Notes under the pieces: model-generated
What the model was told of the DNA's origin: nothing
What the model saw: only the letters and a program-made list of their open reading frames with translations
Database searches by the model: none
Shown here: positions 52,788 to 64,000 of the stretch, piece by piece
Numbering within the stretch: position 1 is the first letter of the stretch
How the letters are laid out: each line of letters begins with the position of its first letter
Position numbers and translations under genes: made by a program
From: Nemertoderma westbladi
Lineage: Eukaryota > Animalia > Xenacoelomorpha
Assembly: GCA_032718475.1 (NCBI GenBank)
Contig: JAUCBJ010001578.1
Span: forward strand, 6,487-70,486
Reading direction: 5' to 3'
DNA length: 64,000 nucleotides

Positions 52788-55700
52788 TTTCGAAACCACG
52801 CTGGTGCGATGCGCGATATCGTGTTTAGTTAATAAATTGAAAACTCCATCAAATCATGTGCAACCAGTAATAAGAAATCGCGATAAATGTAATTAAATAA
52901 AAATTATTCTAGAAAAATTTTCTTCAAAAAGTATGAAGTCTTGGCGTTGGTGACGCGAAACTAGGCTAGTGAGATTCAGGATATTGCGTTTAATATAAGA
53001 ATCGAAAACGCTATCGAATTCCGTAAAGGCGTTAATAAAATACTGCAACTTTTTTGAAATTTGTAAAATTCTAGAACTAGAAAAAATTAAATTTTGAACG
53101 GCGCTGTTTGGGGTTTCGAAACATGGATAGACTGAAAGAGGACATCGAATTAAGTTGAAAAATAAAAACCCCATCGAATTTGGACAAAGCGTTCCGGAGT
53201 TATAGCGGATCGAAAAAAATTGACCCCCCCCAGTCGCCAAAAATTTACAGTGATTTAAAATTTTGCAAAAAAAATTTTTTGCGTTATTTTTGATGGCGAA
53301 TCGATTGGCAGTACTGGCTACGAAAATTTTTTTTTGAAATTTTTGGTCAGAAAAAAAATTATATTTTTAAAAAGATTTGTCTTTGCCTATGGTCAGAGAA
53401 TGATCCAACTCTGTAACTTGGCAATCACTCAAATCCATTCAGCTGAATGGCACAGTAGAGTAAACTAAAGTAAATTCCCTATACAATGTTCTGAAGGGGA
53501 GACTGACAGAGAGTAATCCAACAATAAAACATTTTGCAATAATGTTGGCATTAATGTAGCCAACACACTGTGTACTTAAAGTCATTCAGCTTACATTAGC
53601 AGAGTGAGATATTCTCATAGGATGCATTGGGAAGAGTAATTCAGCTGAGGCGATAATAGATTTCTAACTAAACCAACCAGTTAATATTTGCTTTGACAGA
53701 GTGTCCTAGGGCCTAAACAAACAGTATGGGTGTACTAAGTACAATAATCTTGGCAACCTCATCGATTTATACTAAGCCTTGTGTAGAAATCCATTACATA
53801 AGCCATTTTTCATCACGACACCAGCTGTTATTGGTGTTATTTTACCATTGCGCCTATGGCGTTTTTTCGTTTATGTCTATTTTTCGAGCCCACGGCTCAT
53901 GGACGAAATAGCGGAACATACCAGGGACCTTAGAATCGCGGTATCCAGCCGCTGTGAAAATTTCATCAAAATCGTTAGAGTAGTTTTGGCTATAGATTAA
54001 CCAGCCAGCCAGCCAATCAATCAGCCAACAATTCTTACAGTAATGAACCTCTCGGTTCCTAACTAGAGACGGCGTCAAGACGCCGTTAAGCAAGTCGGAA
54101 GTCATCAATCAAATGTAAATTCCCTAACAATGTTTTCCTATGGTCAGAATGGAAGTGCTATTTACCTATGGTCACAGAGAGATCCCACTCTGTAATTTGG
54201 CAATTGCTCAAATTCATTCAGTTGAATGGCACAGTAGAGTGAACTCAACCTCAACAATTCCCTCAACAATGTTTGCCTATGGTCTGAAAGAACTAACAGT
54301 CATTCAGCTTGCACAATGTCAATCACCTACAGTATAAAACATTTAGAATGCCACAGTGGGCAGTCAGTCAGTCAGTCAGTCAACAATTCTTACAGTAATC
54401 AAGTCTAACGACTTGCTAATTTTAAATAAGAGACAACAAGAATTAGTATAGAACTAATAATTATGTAAAAATACAATCATATTTCATATAATAAATATTA
54501 TTAAATTCGATCTATTATTAGTTGCTCAATTCTAGGACATAATCGACCTGCAACAAGTGAATACCTCGTTTTGGATTTTCGAAACCACGCTGGTGCGATG
54601 CGCGATATCGTGCTTAGTTAATAAATTGAAAACTCCATCAATTCATGTGCAACCAGTAATAAGAAATCGCGATAAATGTAATTCAAAAAAAATTATTCTA
54701 GAAAATTTTCCTCAAAAAGTATGAAGTCTTGGCATTGGTGACGCGAAACTAGGCTAGTGAGATTCAGGATATTGCGTTTAAAATAAAAATCGAAAACGCT
54801 ATCGAATTCCGTAAAGGCGTTAATAAAATACTGCAACTTTTTTGAAATTTGTAAAATTCTAGAACTAGAAAAAATTAATTTTTTAACGGCGCTGTTTGGG
54901 GTTTCGAAACATGGATAGGCTAAAAGAGGACATCGAATTAAGTTGAAAAATGAAAACCCCATCGAATTTGGACAACGCGTTCTGGAGTTATAGCGGATCG
55001 AAAAAAATTGACCCCCCCCAGTCGCCAAAAATTTACAGTAATTTAAAATTTTGCCAAAAAAATTTTTTGCGTTATTTTTTATGGCGAATCGATTGGCAGT
55101 ACTGGCTACGAAAATTTTTTTTTGAAATTTTTGGTCAGAAAAATAAACATGGAAAAGTATATTTTTAAAAAGATTTGATGTCTTTGCCTATGGTCAGATA
55201 ATGATCCAACTCTGTAACTTGGCAATCGCTCAAATCCATTCAGCTGAATGGCACAGTAGAGTAAACTAAAGTAAATTCCCTATACAATGTTCTGAAGGGG
55301 AGACTGACAGAGAGTAATCCAACAATAAAACATTTTGCAATAATGTTGGCATTAATGTAGCCAACACACTGTGTACTAAACCGTCATTCAGCTTACATTA
55401 GCAGAGGGAGAATCTTGGATACTCAACTAGAATGCATTGGGAAGAGTTATTCAGCTGAGGCAATAATAGATTTCAAACTAAACCAACCAGTTTATATTTG
55501 CTTTGACAGGGCCTAAACAAACAGTATGGGTGTACTAAGTATAATACTCTTGGCAACCTCATCGATTTAATACTAAGCCTTGTGTAGAATTGCATTACAT
55601 AAGCCATTTTTCATCAGGACACCAGCTGTCATAGGTGTTATTTTACCATTGCGCCTATGGCGTTTTTTTCGTTTATCTCTATTTTTCGAGCCCAGAGGCT

Positions 55701-58182
55701 ATGGACGGAGTAGCCGATCATGCCAGGGACCTTAGAATCGCGGTATCTAGATGCTGTGAAAATTTCATCAAAATCGTTAGAGTAGTTTTGGCTGTAGATC
55801 AGCCAGCCAGTCAGTCAGCCAGTCAGTCAGCCAGTCAGTCAGCCAGTCAGTCAGCTAACAATTCTTACAGTAATCAAGTCTAACGACTTGCTAACTAGTG
55901 ACGGGCCTAGCGGCCCGATAAGGAACCGACTTTTTATTTTAAATAAAAGAGACAACGAGAATAAATATAGAACTAATCATTATGTAAAAATACAATCATA
56001 TTTCATACAATAATTATTAATAAATTCAATCAATTATTAGTTGCTCAATTCTAGAACAAAAACGACATGCAACTAGTGAAGACCTCGTTTTGGAATTTCG
56101 AAACCACGCTGGTGCGATGCGCGATATCGTGTTTAGTTAATAAATTGAAAACTCCATCAATTCATGTGCAACCAGTAATAAGAAATCGCGATAAATGTAA
56201 TTAAATAAAAATTATTCTAGAAAAATTTTCCTCAAAAAGTATGAAGTATTGGCATTGGTGACGCGAAACTAGGCTAGTGAGATTCAGGATATTGCGTTTA
56301 ATATAAAAATCAAAAACGCTATCAAATTCCGTAAAGGCATTAATAAAATACTGCAACTTTTTTGAAATTTGTAAAATTCTAGAACTAGAAAAAATTAATT
56401 TTTGAACGGTGCTGTTTGGGGTTTCGAAAAATGGATAGGCCTAAAGAGGACGTCGAATTAAGTTGAAAAATAAAAACCCCATCGAATTTGGACAAAGCGT
56501 TCCGGAGTTATAGCGGATCGAAAAAAATTGACCCCCCCCCCAGTCGCCAAAAATTTACAGTAATTTAAAATTTTGCAAAAAAAATTTTTTGCGTTATTTT
56601 TGATGGCGAATCGATTGGCAGTACTGGCTACAAAAAATTTTTTTTGAAATTTTTGGTCAGAAAAAAAAACATGGAAAAAGTATCTTTTTAAAAAGATTTG
56701 ATGTCTTTGCCTATGGTCAGAGAATGATCCAACTCTGTAACTTGGCAATCGCTCAAATCCATTCAGCTGAATGGCACAGTAGAGTAAACTAAAGTAAATT
56801 CCCTATACAATGTTCTGAAGGGGAGACTGACAGAGTAATCCAACAATAAAACATTTTGCAATAATGTTGGCATTAATGTAGCCAACACACTACTGCATAC
56901 TAAACCGTCATTCAGCTTACATTAGCAGAGGGAGAAACTTGGATACTCAACTAGAATGCATTGGGAAGAGTTATTCAGCTGAGGCAATAATAGATTTCAA
57001 ACTAAACCAACCAGTTTATATTTGCTTTGACAGGGCCTAAACAAACAGTATGGGTGTACTGAGTACAATAATCTTGGCAACCTCATCGATTTATACTAAG
57101 CCTTGTGTAGAAATCCATTACATAAGCCATTTTTCATCACGACACCAGCTGTTATTGGTGTTATTTTACCATTGCGCCTATGGCGTTTTTTCGTTTATGT
57201 CTATTTTTCGAGCCCACGGCTCATGGACGAAATAGCGGAACATACCAGGGACCTTAGAATCGCGGTATCCAGCCGCTGTGAAAATTTCATCAAAATCGTT
57301 AGAGTAGTTTTGGCTATAGATTAGCCAGTCAGCCAGTCAATCAGCCAACAATTCTTACAGTAATGAACCTCTCGGTTCCTGATTTTGAAATTTTTGGTCA
57401 GAAAAAAAAACATGGAAAAAGTATCTTTTTAAAAAGATTTGATGTCTTTGCCTATGGTCAGAGAATGATCCAACTCTGTAACTTGGCAATCGCTCAAATC
57501 CATTCAGCTGAATGGCACAGTAGAGTAAACTAAAGTAAATTCCCTATACAATGTTCTGAAGGGGAGACTGACAGAGTAATCCAACAATAAAACATTTTGC
57601 AATAATGTTGGCATTAATGTAGCCAACACACTACTGCATACTAAACCGTCATTCAGCTTACATTAGCAGAGGGAGAAACTTGGATACTCAACTAGAATGC
57701 ATTGGGAAGAGTTATTCAGCTGAGGCAATAATAGATTTCAAACTAAACCAACCAGTTTATATTTGCTTTGACAGGGCCTAAACAAACAGTATGGGTGTAC
57801 TGAGTACAATAATCTTGGCAACCTCATCGATTTATACTAAGCCTTGTGTAGAAATCCATTACATAAGCCATTTTTCATCACGACACCAGCTGTTATTGGT
57901 GTTATTTTACCATTGCGCCTATGGCGTTTTTTCGTTTATGTCTATTTTTCGAGCCCACGGCTCATGGACGAAATAGCGGAACATACCAGGGACCTTAGAA
58001 TCGCGGTATCCAGCCGCTGTGAAAATTTCATCAAAATCGTTAGAGTAGTTTTGGCCAGAATCGCGGTATCCAGCCGCTGTGAAAATTTCATCAAAATCGT
58101 TAGAGTAGTTTTGGCTATAGATTAGCCAGTCAGCCAGTCAATCAGCCAACAATTCTTACAGTAATGAACCTCTCGGTTCCTG
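52788..58182 (-). mobile_element. Tandem family C HINE-like array (52788-54062, short variant 54063-54419, 54420-55894, 55895-57382, ~740 bp duplication to 58182)
   Basis: Homologous to 38746-40244; junctions at 54062/3 and 55894/5; additional ~59 bp duplication at ~58037-58095. Confidence 0.8.
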
Positions 58183-58801
58183 ATAAAAACATCTGTAACT
58201 CGCGTTCTTATGAATGAAACTTGCAATTTGCAGAACATCTAGTGACTTTTAAATCCTTTGCTTATCGGTCCATAAATAACCCTAACAATATTTGAAAAAA
58301 AAATGTTTTTTGAAAATTTTTTATTTAGATTATTTAAGATCAAAATGTTTCGAAGATTACAGAAATCGGGTTTTTATAGGTATAGGATAAGCCTAAGGTG
58401 CCCAAATGTCTGTCACTCTGTCGTTCGGTCTGTCTGAAAAGTCTGTCAAAACTGACAGACAGACAGACCGACAATCAGACAGTCTAGATTTTGTCAAACT
58501 CAAAAACTAAATTCAGAAATGAAATCATCGACCAGGAACACCCCTTTATCGGAATTTTTAGGCAATTGGTGTACTTATTTATTTTTTACAACCAGTTAGA
58601 ATGATCCCTCGTATATTTTATAAAAGATGGCGGAAAGCTTTGAATTTATTTTTCTCGAAAATTAATTTTTTGTGTTTTTTTTTAAACACAAAGGTACACT
58701 TCTCTGAGGAACTACTTGATGAAATCTCATGAAATTTTCAGGAAATGTTCAACAACGATTAGGGGGATAAGGGATCGGCATGCTGCATTGCAGCTGCATT
58801 A

Positions 58802-60250
58802 TTAAGAATCATGTGCCGGCTTATTGACAAAATTGCACCGCCACAACTCCCTATCACCCATGACATTTGCTAGATCATCCGCATCTTCAAGGCCAGTGTC
58901 CTTTAAGATGCATCTCAAGAAAGTCATGGGATGTCCACCATGCTTATTCACTCCATGAGGCTGCCAAAGTACAAGATTATGCATTGGCTGGTCCTCACTG
59001 CGAAAGCAATGTCCTGCAAAGCGGAGGTGATTTTGTTCTAGTGTCAAGCTTGGGGGAACCAATGAGACACCTCCAATGTTATATAGTGTCTGGTTGGAGA
59101 TGTGTGCATTGTACTTGACACAATGAACCCGGCGTAGCATTCTTGTGAATGTGCCATCCAGAGATTTGGTGTCCTCAGCAGTTAGAGCCCAGCATGGACT
59201 CCAATAGAGGAGAACTGGAACTACTGCTGCTCTAAATAATCGGACCTTAAGTTTCCGATTAATTCTCGTTGACTTCCAAATCCGGGAAAGCCTATTCAAG
59301 GCTGCCCATGCCTTTCCCTTACGTATTCGAAGGTCCTCACCTGACTTCCGTATCCATGATCCCAGGTAACAGAAGTCATCCACATGCTCAAACATACCAT
59401 CTTTTGAGCTTATGCTCATCCGATCAGAGACTTGAAGAGGACTTTCAAAGTTAACTGTCAAAATTTTGGTCTTTCTGTAGTTAATAAAAAGACCAACACT
59501 AGAAGCAGCATTTTCTAATGAGCTGAGGAGCCGTTGGGCTCCCTCTAGTGATTCTGAGAGTACTCCTAAGTCATCAGCAAAGTCTAGAACAGTTAGGTAC
59601 TTGGCAGGATTTCCTCGACTTCTGGAGCAAGTAGGTGGAGTTATCATCACCCCATCATCATTATGGTGATCTAAGGACATGCATAGAACATAGTCAACCA
59701 CAATTATGAACAAGAATGGTATAAGTGTCTCTCCCTGGAGGAATCTCCCTAATACTTTGAATGGTTCTGCGTCACCATCAACAGTAGACACAAATGTTGT
59801 CAAACCATCATTATACTGATCTGATTGCTGCAATAATTTCACCAGGAATCCCATATAATGAAAGTATCCTATACATACGTGAGCGAGAGACTGACTCAAA
59901 GGCCTTGAAGAAGTCAACAAAAATAAGAGCCAGATGCCTGTCTTTCTCTTTTGATAACTCTTCAATTATCCTTCTAAGTGCCAAAATGGGCTCCATGGTC
60001 CCACGACCTTTACGGGACCCATCCTGATTTCCACGGAGCAGTCTCTCAATAGGATCCCTGATGCGATTTAATAGAATTCTATTGTATAGCTTTGCAGCAA
60101 TCGAGATCAATGAGATTCCCCGAAAAGAACCATAGAGTGTTAGGTTGCCTTTCTTGGGAACTGGCACCAACTTATTTGTTTTCATTTCTTGTGGGACTCT
60201 TGTTGTTCGGTACATGTCTACTATGGTCGGATAGATAAGCTTCAAACAAG
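58802..60250 (-). pseudogene. RTE-clade LINE reverse transcriptase, 5'-truncated and frameshifted
   Basis: PVPKKGNL..FRGISLISIAAKLYNRILLNR..FVDFFKAFESV; LQGETLIPFLF; LDFADDL; FCYLGS; LRFAGHCFR; RELWR at the C terminus. Confidence 0.9.
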
Positions 60251-60306
60251 GAAGATGGAGTACTGGAGTAGATGTTATGATTAGATGACTACAGTAGATG
60301 AGTAGA

Positions 60307-60718
60307 CAACCAGTTAGAATAATCCCTCGTTTATTTTATAAAGCTTTGAATTTATTTTTCTCGAAAATTAATTTTTTGTGTTTTTTTTTAAACACAAAGG
60401 TACACTTTTCTGAGGAACTACTTGATGAAATCTCATGAAATTTTCAGGAAATGTTCACAACAACGATTAGGCGGATAAGGGATCGGCATGCTGCATTGCA
60501 GCTGCATTATTAAGAATCCTGTGCCGGCTTATCTACAAAATTGCACCGCCACAACTCCCTATCACCCATGACATTTGCTAGATCATCCGCATCTTCAAGG
60601 CCAGTGTCCTTTAAGATGCGTCTCAAGAAAGTCATGGGCTGTCCACCATGCTTATTCACTCCATGAGGCTGCCAAAGTACAAGATTATGCACTGGCTGGT
60701 CCTCACGGCGAAAGCAAT
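60307..60718 (-). repeat. Diverged duplicate of ~58588-59010 (RTE 3' end plus adjacent flank)
   Basis: acaaccagttagaat.atccctcg ... cgaaagcaat present in both places. Confidence 0.85.
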
Positions 60719-62133
60719 CTTATCAATCAATAAGAAATCAATCAATAAGAAAATCTTAGTTAACAACCCTACAACCTTAAAAAGTAGAAATTATTAATAA
60801 TACAGTTATAGTCTGGTTCCAAATCCTGAAAATACGCCTAGAAAGTGATGGCGAAGGCAAATTTGGGTAATGGCTGCTATCCAACGGTTTTAAGCTAAGT
60901 CGAGTGTGCTGATTCTGAATCCGTCTGTGACAGGATCAATAAAATCCCGACCGGATTGGTTGTTTCGTACGCATCGCCGATCTGATAAAGGTTCGAAATA
61001 GATGGTATCTTTTGCCGTTGTGTATAATAGTGTAAGAGTTATATATGATGGCATGAGAGTTATATATAATAGCACAAGATATAATGGATCAGTATTACTA
61101 CAGTAGTGTTGATGGCAGCGGTGACGGTGAAACAATGTCCTCCGTCTGCACTGAAACCGGTAACTGGACTAACTAAACTGATATACTGGCATGTAGGTTG
61201 ATAATATATATATGACACACCAGTATTACTACACTCCTACATTACTGTGGCCCTTTACTCAGTGGATGCTCTCCTTCGCCCCTATTGGCTAATAACCTAC
61301 TTCACGCCTCTCACTCTCTCTGGGAGTGTTTCCCCCCTGTTACTAGCCCCCCGCTAGCTGCCTTCCCGCTGAGGTGGTTTGACCTCTAACCTTTCTTTGT
61401 TCGTGGCTTTGGGGTTTGTACTGTCCCCGGCTAATGGTTGTGATACGAGATTAGTTATTGCTAATCTCGTATCTCCGACATATTGCTAAAAATGCCACTT
61501 CCCATTTTATGAGGGTAATTAGCGGAATTGAATCCGCTAACACCGTCTGATGCCAAGCTCAATTGTGAATTTATGGGTCCCGTTTCACCAAAGCAATAGG
61601 AGGTCATTTCAAAACACCACTTTCTATTGACCCTACAGAATTCTAACCTTGTCCTACCCCCCCCCCCCCCCCCCCCCCACCCCAAAACCGGCATCAGAGA
61701 ATCCATTGAGGAACATTTTAGTTGCACGTTACCATGGAACTGTTCGAAATACGTCTTCAAATGTCGCTTCATCCCTTTACATATAGTTACTATCAGTTTA
61801 AAAAGAAATCCATTTAGGGACAATTACCTTACATGTTCATAACCCAAGACAATTATTTATCGATGCAGCTTGTCTTTTCTTATTACCATAGCAACGGGAA
61901 TCATTTTGTAATATGTAGAGTATCTATTATGTAGAATGTAGTATGTAGAATATGTATTTCAGTTGCATAACAATATGTTATATAGAGAACATTCATGATC
62001 ACAAGCGAAGTCATTATTCTATTGTTACCATAGCAACGGGCATATTTTAATATTTATGTATTTCCAATATCGTTTTGTTATTTTATTCGCCTTAGAGGTT
62101 AATAATTTAAGGATTTTTGATATTTAAAATTAT

Positions 62134-64000
62134 ATGGGGTCTTCTGTAGTTATTCTATTTGACAAAGTCATGTTTTATGGTCATAGCCTAAACACTAACG
62201 ATGGTTTATCTGTATTGTTTTTAAATACATATATGCCGTACGAGTGCGCCGACAATGATGACGATTTTCTAGAAGTTCTCGGTACACTTAGTAGTATTAT
62301 CGACTGTGAATCTACTTCACATTGTGTGGTGATAGGAGACTTTAATGCTGACATAAATTCAAGATATATGCGTTTTTTAGATTCATGGTGCAATGAAATT
62401 AATATGTGTATGTGCGATATAGTATCTCTTCCATCTGACTCGTTTACGTTCGTGAGCGCGGCCCACAACACCAACTCCTGGCTGGACCATATAATTTGTT
62501 CTGGTAGCGTAGCTCCGCTGCTATCATCAATTGCTATTGATTATAATCAGGTTGTTGATGATCACATGCCTATGACCTGCAATTTTGATTTAAAAGTAGA
62601 ACATTTACCATCTACGAACTATAGTATACCAATTGATAATAAATGTTGTTATGTTGAAACAAAGAAATGTGATTGGAGTAAGGCAACCGCGGCAAATATC
62701 AATGAATATAAATTAGTTTTAAATAGTTTGTTGAATAATATTTCAAAACCATTTAGTGTTTGCGATTGTACTGACGCTCAATGTGAGAATAGCTCACACA
62801 GAGCTGATATTGACAAATATTATACCGATATTTTAAATGCCGCTCAATGTGCTGCTGAGCGTACTATTCCAAAAATGAGAGGACTGAACAACTCTAACAA
62901 GAGCTTTCAGCCTACTCCTGGATGGAATGAATTCCTGAAAGATAAATATCAGGAATCAAGATTATTTTTCCGCATTTGGAGAATGAATGGGTGCCCCCGA
63001 GCCGGACCAATTTTCTATGAATATATACATTCGAAATTTGAGTTTAAACGTGCTCTAAAGCAGTGTAAGCGCAATGACAGTAAGTTACGTGCTGATAAAC
63101 TTGCAGAGTCGCTGTATTCTGAGAAACAAAACGATTTCTGGAAAAATGTTAAAAAACACTGTAATACGAAAGTTCCTCAGTCTAGTAAAGTTGGTAACGC
63201 AATTGGAGAGGAGGACATTTGCAATTTATTCCACGAAAAGTTCTCTAATTTGTATAATAAAGTTAACAGCGACTCTGACAAAGAGATGGTAGAGAATGCT
63301 TTTAAGGGTATTAAATACGATAAACGAATGACCATTACTTCTGTTGAAATCGCATTGGCTGTAGATAACTTATCCCCTGGTAAAGTTGGACCTGATGGTC
63401 TGGTCAGTGAGCATTACACCAATGGTACGGCTGGTTTGTTTTCTCACTTAGCGATATTTTATACCATTGCCAATATCCACGGCTATGTCTCTGATGACCT
63501 CATGCGATGTAACATTCTGCCCATTGTAAAGGATAAGAATGATGACATTACAAGTTTTGATAATTACAGAGGGATAGCATTAGCAAATATAAGTAGTAAA
63601 ATTCTAGAACTAGTATATCTGAGTAGATTTAAGGAAAAACTTAACACATCTGATTCACAATTCGGTTTCAAAGCTAAATTAGGCACGGAACTCTGTGTAT
63701 ATACTTTAAAAGAAATAATACAGTACTATTTAGATAACGACAGTCTAGTTTACGTTTGTTTTATTGATTCATCTAAAGCTTTTGATTTAGTTAATCATTA
63801 CAAGCTGCTTTCTAAGTTAATAAAGCGCGACATTCCGTTATTTTATATTAGGTTAATTAGGTACTGGTATAGGTTTCAAAGTTTGGCAGTTAGGTGGGGC
63901 GGGTGCACTTCATGTAGGTTTAACGTAACTAACGGGACGAAACAGGGGGGTATCTTATCAGGTTACTTATATGCACTGTATATGGACGACTTAAGTATTG
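62134..64000 (+). CDS. LINE ORF2 (APE endonuclease C-half + RT), RTEX/CR1-group-like, 5'-truncated, runs off the window
   Basis: Frame 1 reads TYMPYE..VIGDFNAD..WLDHII..DDHMP, then DNYRGIAL..QFGFK..FIDSSKAFDLVNH..GTKQGGILSGYLYALYMDDL; no stop seen in the stretches translated, consistent with its absence from the ORF track. Confidence 0.88.
   Translation, partial: MGSSVVILFDKVMFYGHSLNTNDGLSVLFLNTYMPYECADNDDDFLEVLGTLSSIIDCESTSHCVVIGDFNADINSRYMRFLDSWCNEINMCMCDIVSLPSDSFTFVSAAHNTNSWLDHIICSGSVAPLLSSIAIDYNQVVDDHMPMTCNFDLKVEHLPSTNYSIPIDNKCCYVETKKCDWSKATAANINEYKLVLNSLLNNISKPFSVCDCTDAQCENSSHRADIDKYYTDILNAAQCAAERTIPKMRGLNNSNKSFQPTPGWNEFLKDKYQESRLFFRIWRMNGCPRAGPIFYEYIHSKFEFKRALKQCKRNDSKLRADKLAESLYSEKQNDFWKNVKKHCNTKVPQSSKVGNAIGEEDICNLFHEKFSNLYNKVNSDSDKEMVENAFKGIKYDKRMTITSVEIALAVDNLSPGKVGPDGLVSEHYTNGTAGLFSHLAIFYTIANIHGYVSDDLMRCNILPIVKDKNDDITSFDNYRGIALANISSKILELVYLSRFKEKLNTSDSQFGFKAKLGTELCVYTLKEIIQYYLDNDSLVYVCFIDSSKAFDLVNHYKLLSKLIKRDIPLFYIRLIRYWYRFQSLAVRWGGCTSCRFNVTNGTKQGGILSGYLYALYMDDLSI

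Noticed and set aside
38105-58125. Repeated MGVLSTIIL / MCRNPLHK / MATGGGQFF ORFs
   Set aside because: Lie in non-coding family C elements, have no recognisable domain and are disrupted by indels in some copies.
60890-62060. Short ORFs and repeated ccatagcaac motifs
   Set aside because: Probably fragments of further non-autonomous elements; boundaries and identity cannot be supported.

Overview
AT-rich eukaryotic (probably invertebrate animal) DNA made almost entirely of nested mobile elements; no conventional host gene is evident. Left to right: (1) a minus-strand BEL/Pao LTR retroelement keeping only gag + protease + an RNase H stub (1-9420); (2) an ~18 kb head-to-tail array of non-autonomous Helitrons joined at CTAG|TC junctions and filled with 146-147 bp repeats, most carrying a CTCF-consensus-like motif (9421-27400); (3) a spliced three-exon OB-fold (RPA/SSB-like) gene convergent with a decayed, intron-containing Helitron Pif1 helicase (28.5-37.5 kb); (4) DINE-1/HINE-like elements bracketing a spliced three-exon herpes-tegument-type (C76-like) deubiquitinase gene that abuts a second, Helentron-type Pif1 remnant (37.5-58.2 kb); (5) an RTE LINE fragment and an open LINE ORF2 running off the right edge. 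The most notable signals are the rolling-circle-amplified, nucleosome-spaced CTCF-like arrays and two in-frame spliced cargo genes that the ORF track shows only as fragments. All family calls are from motif recognition by eye; no searches were run.
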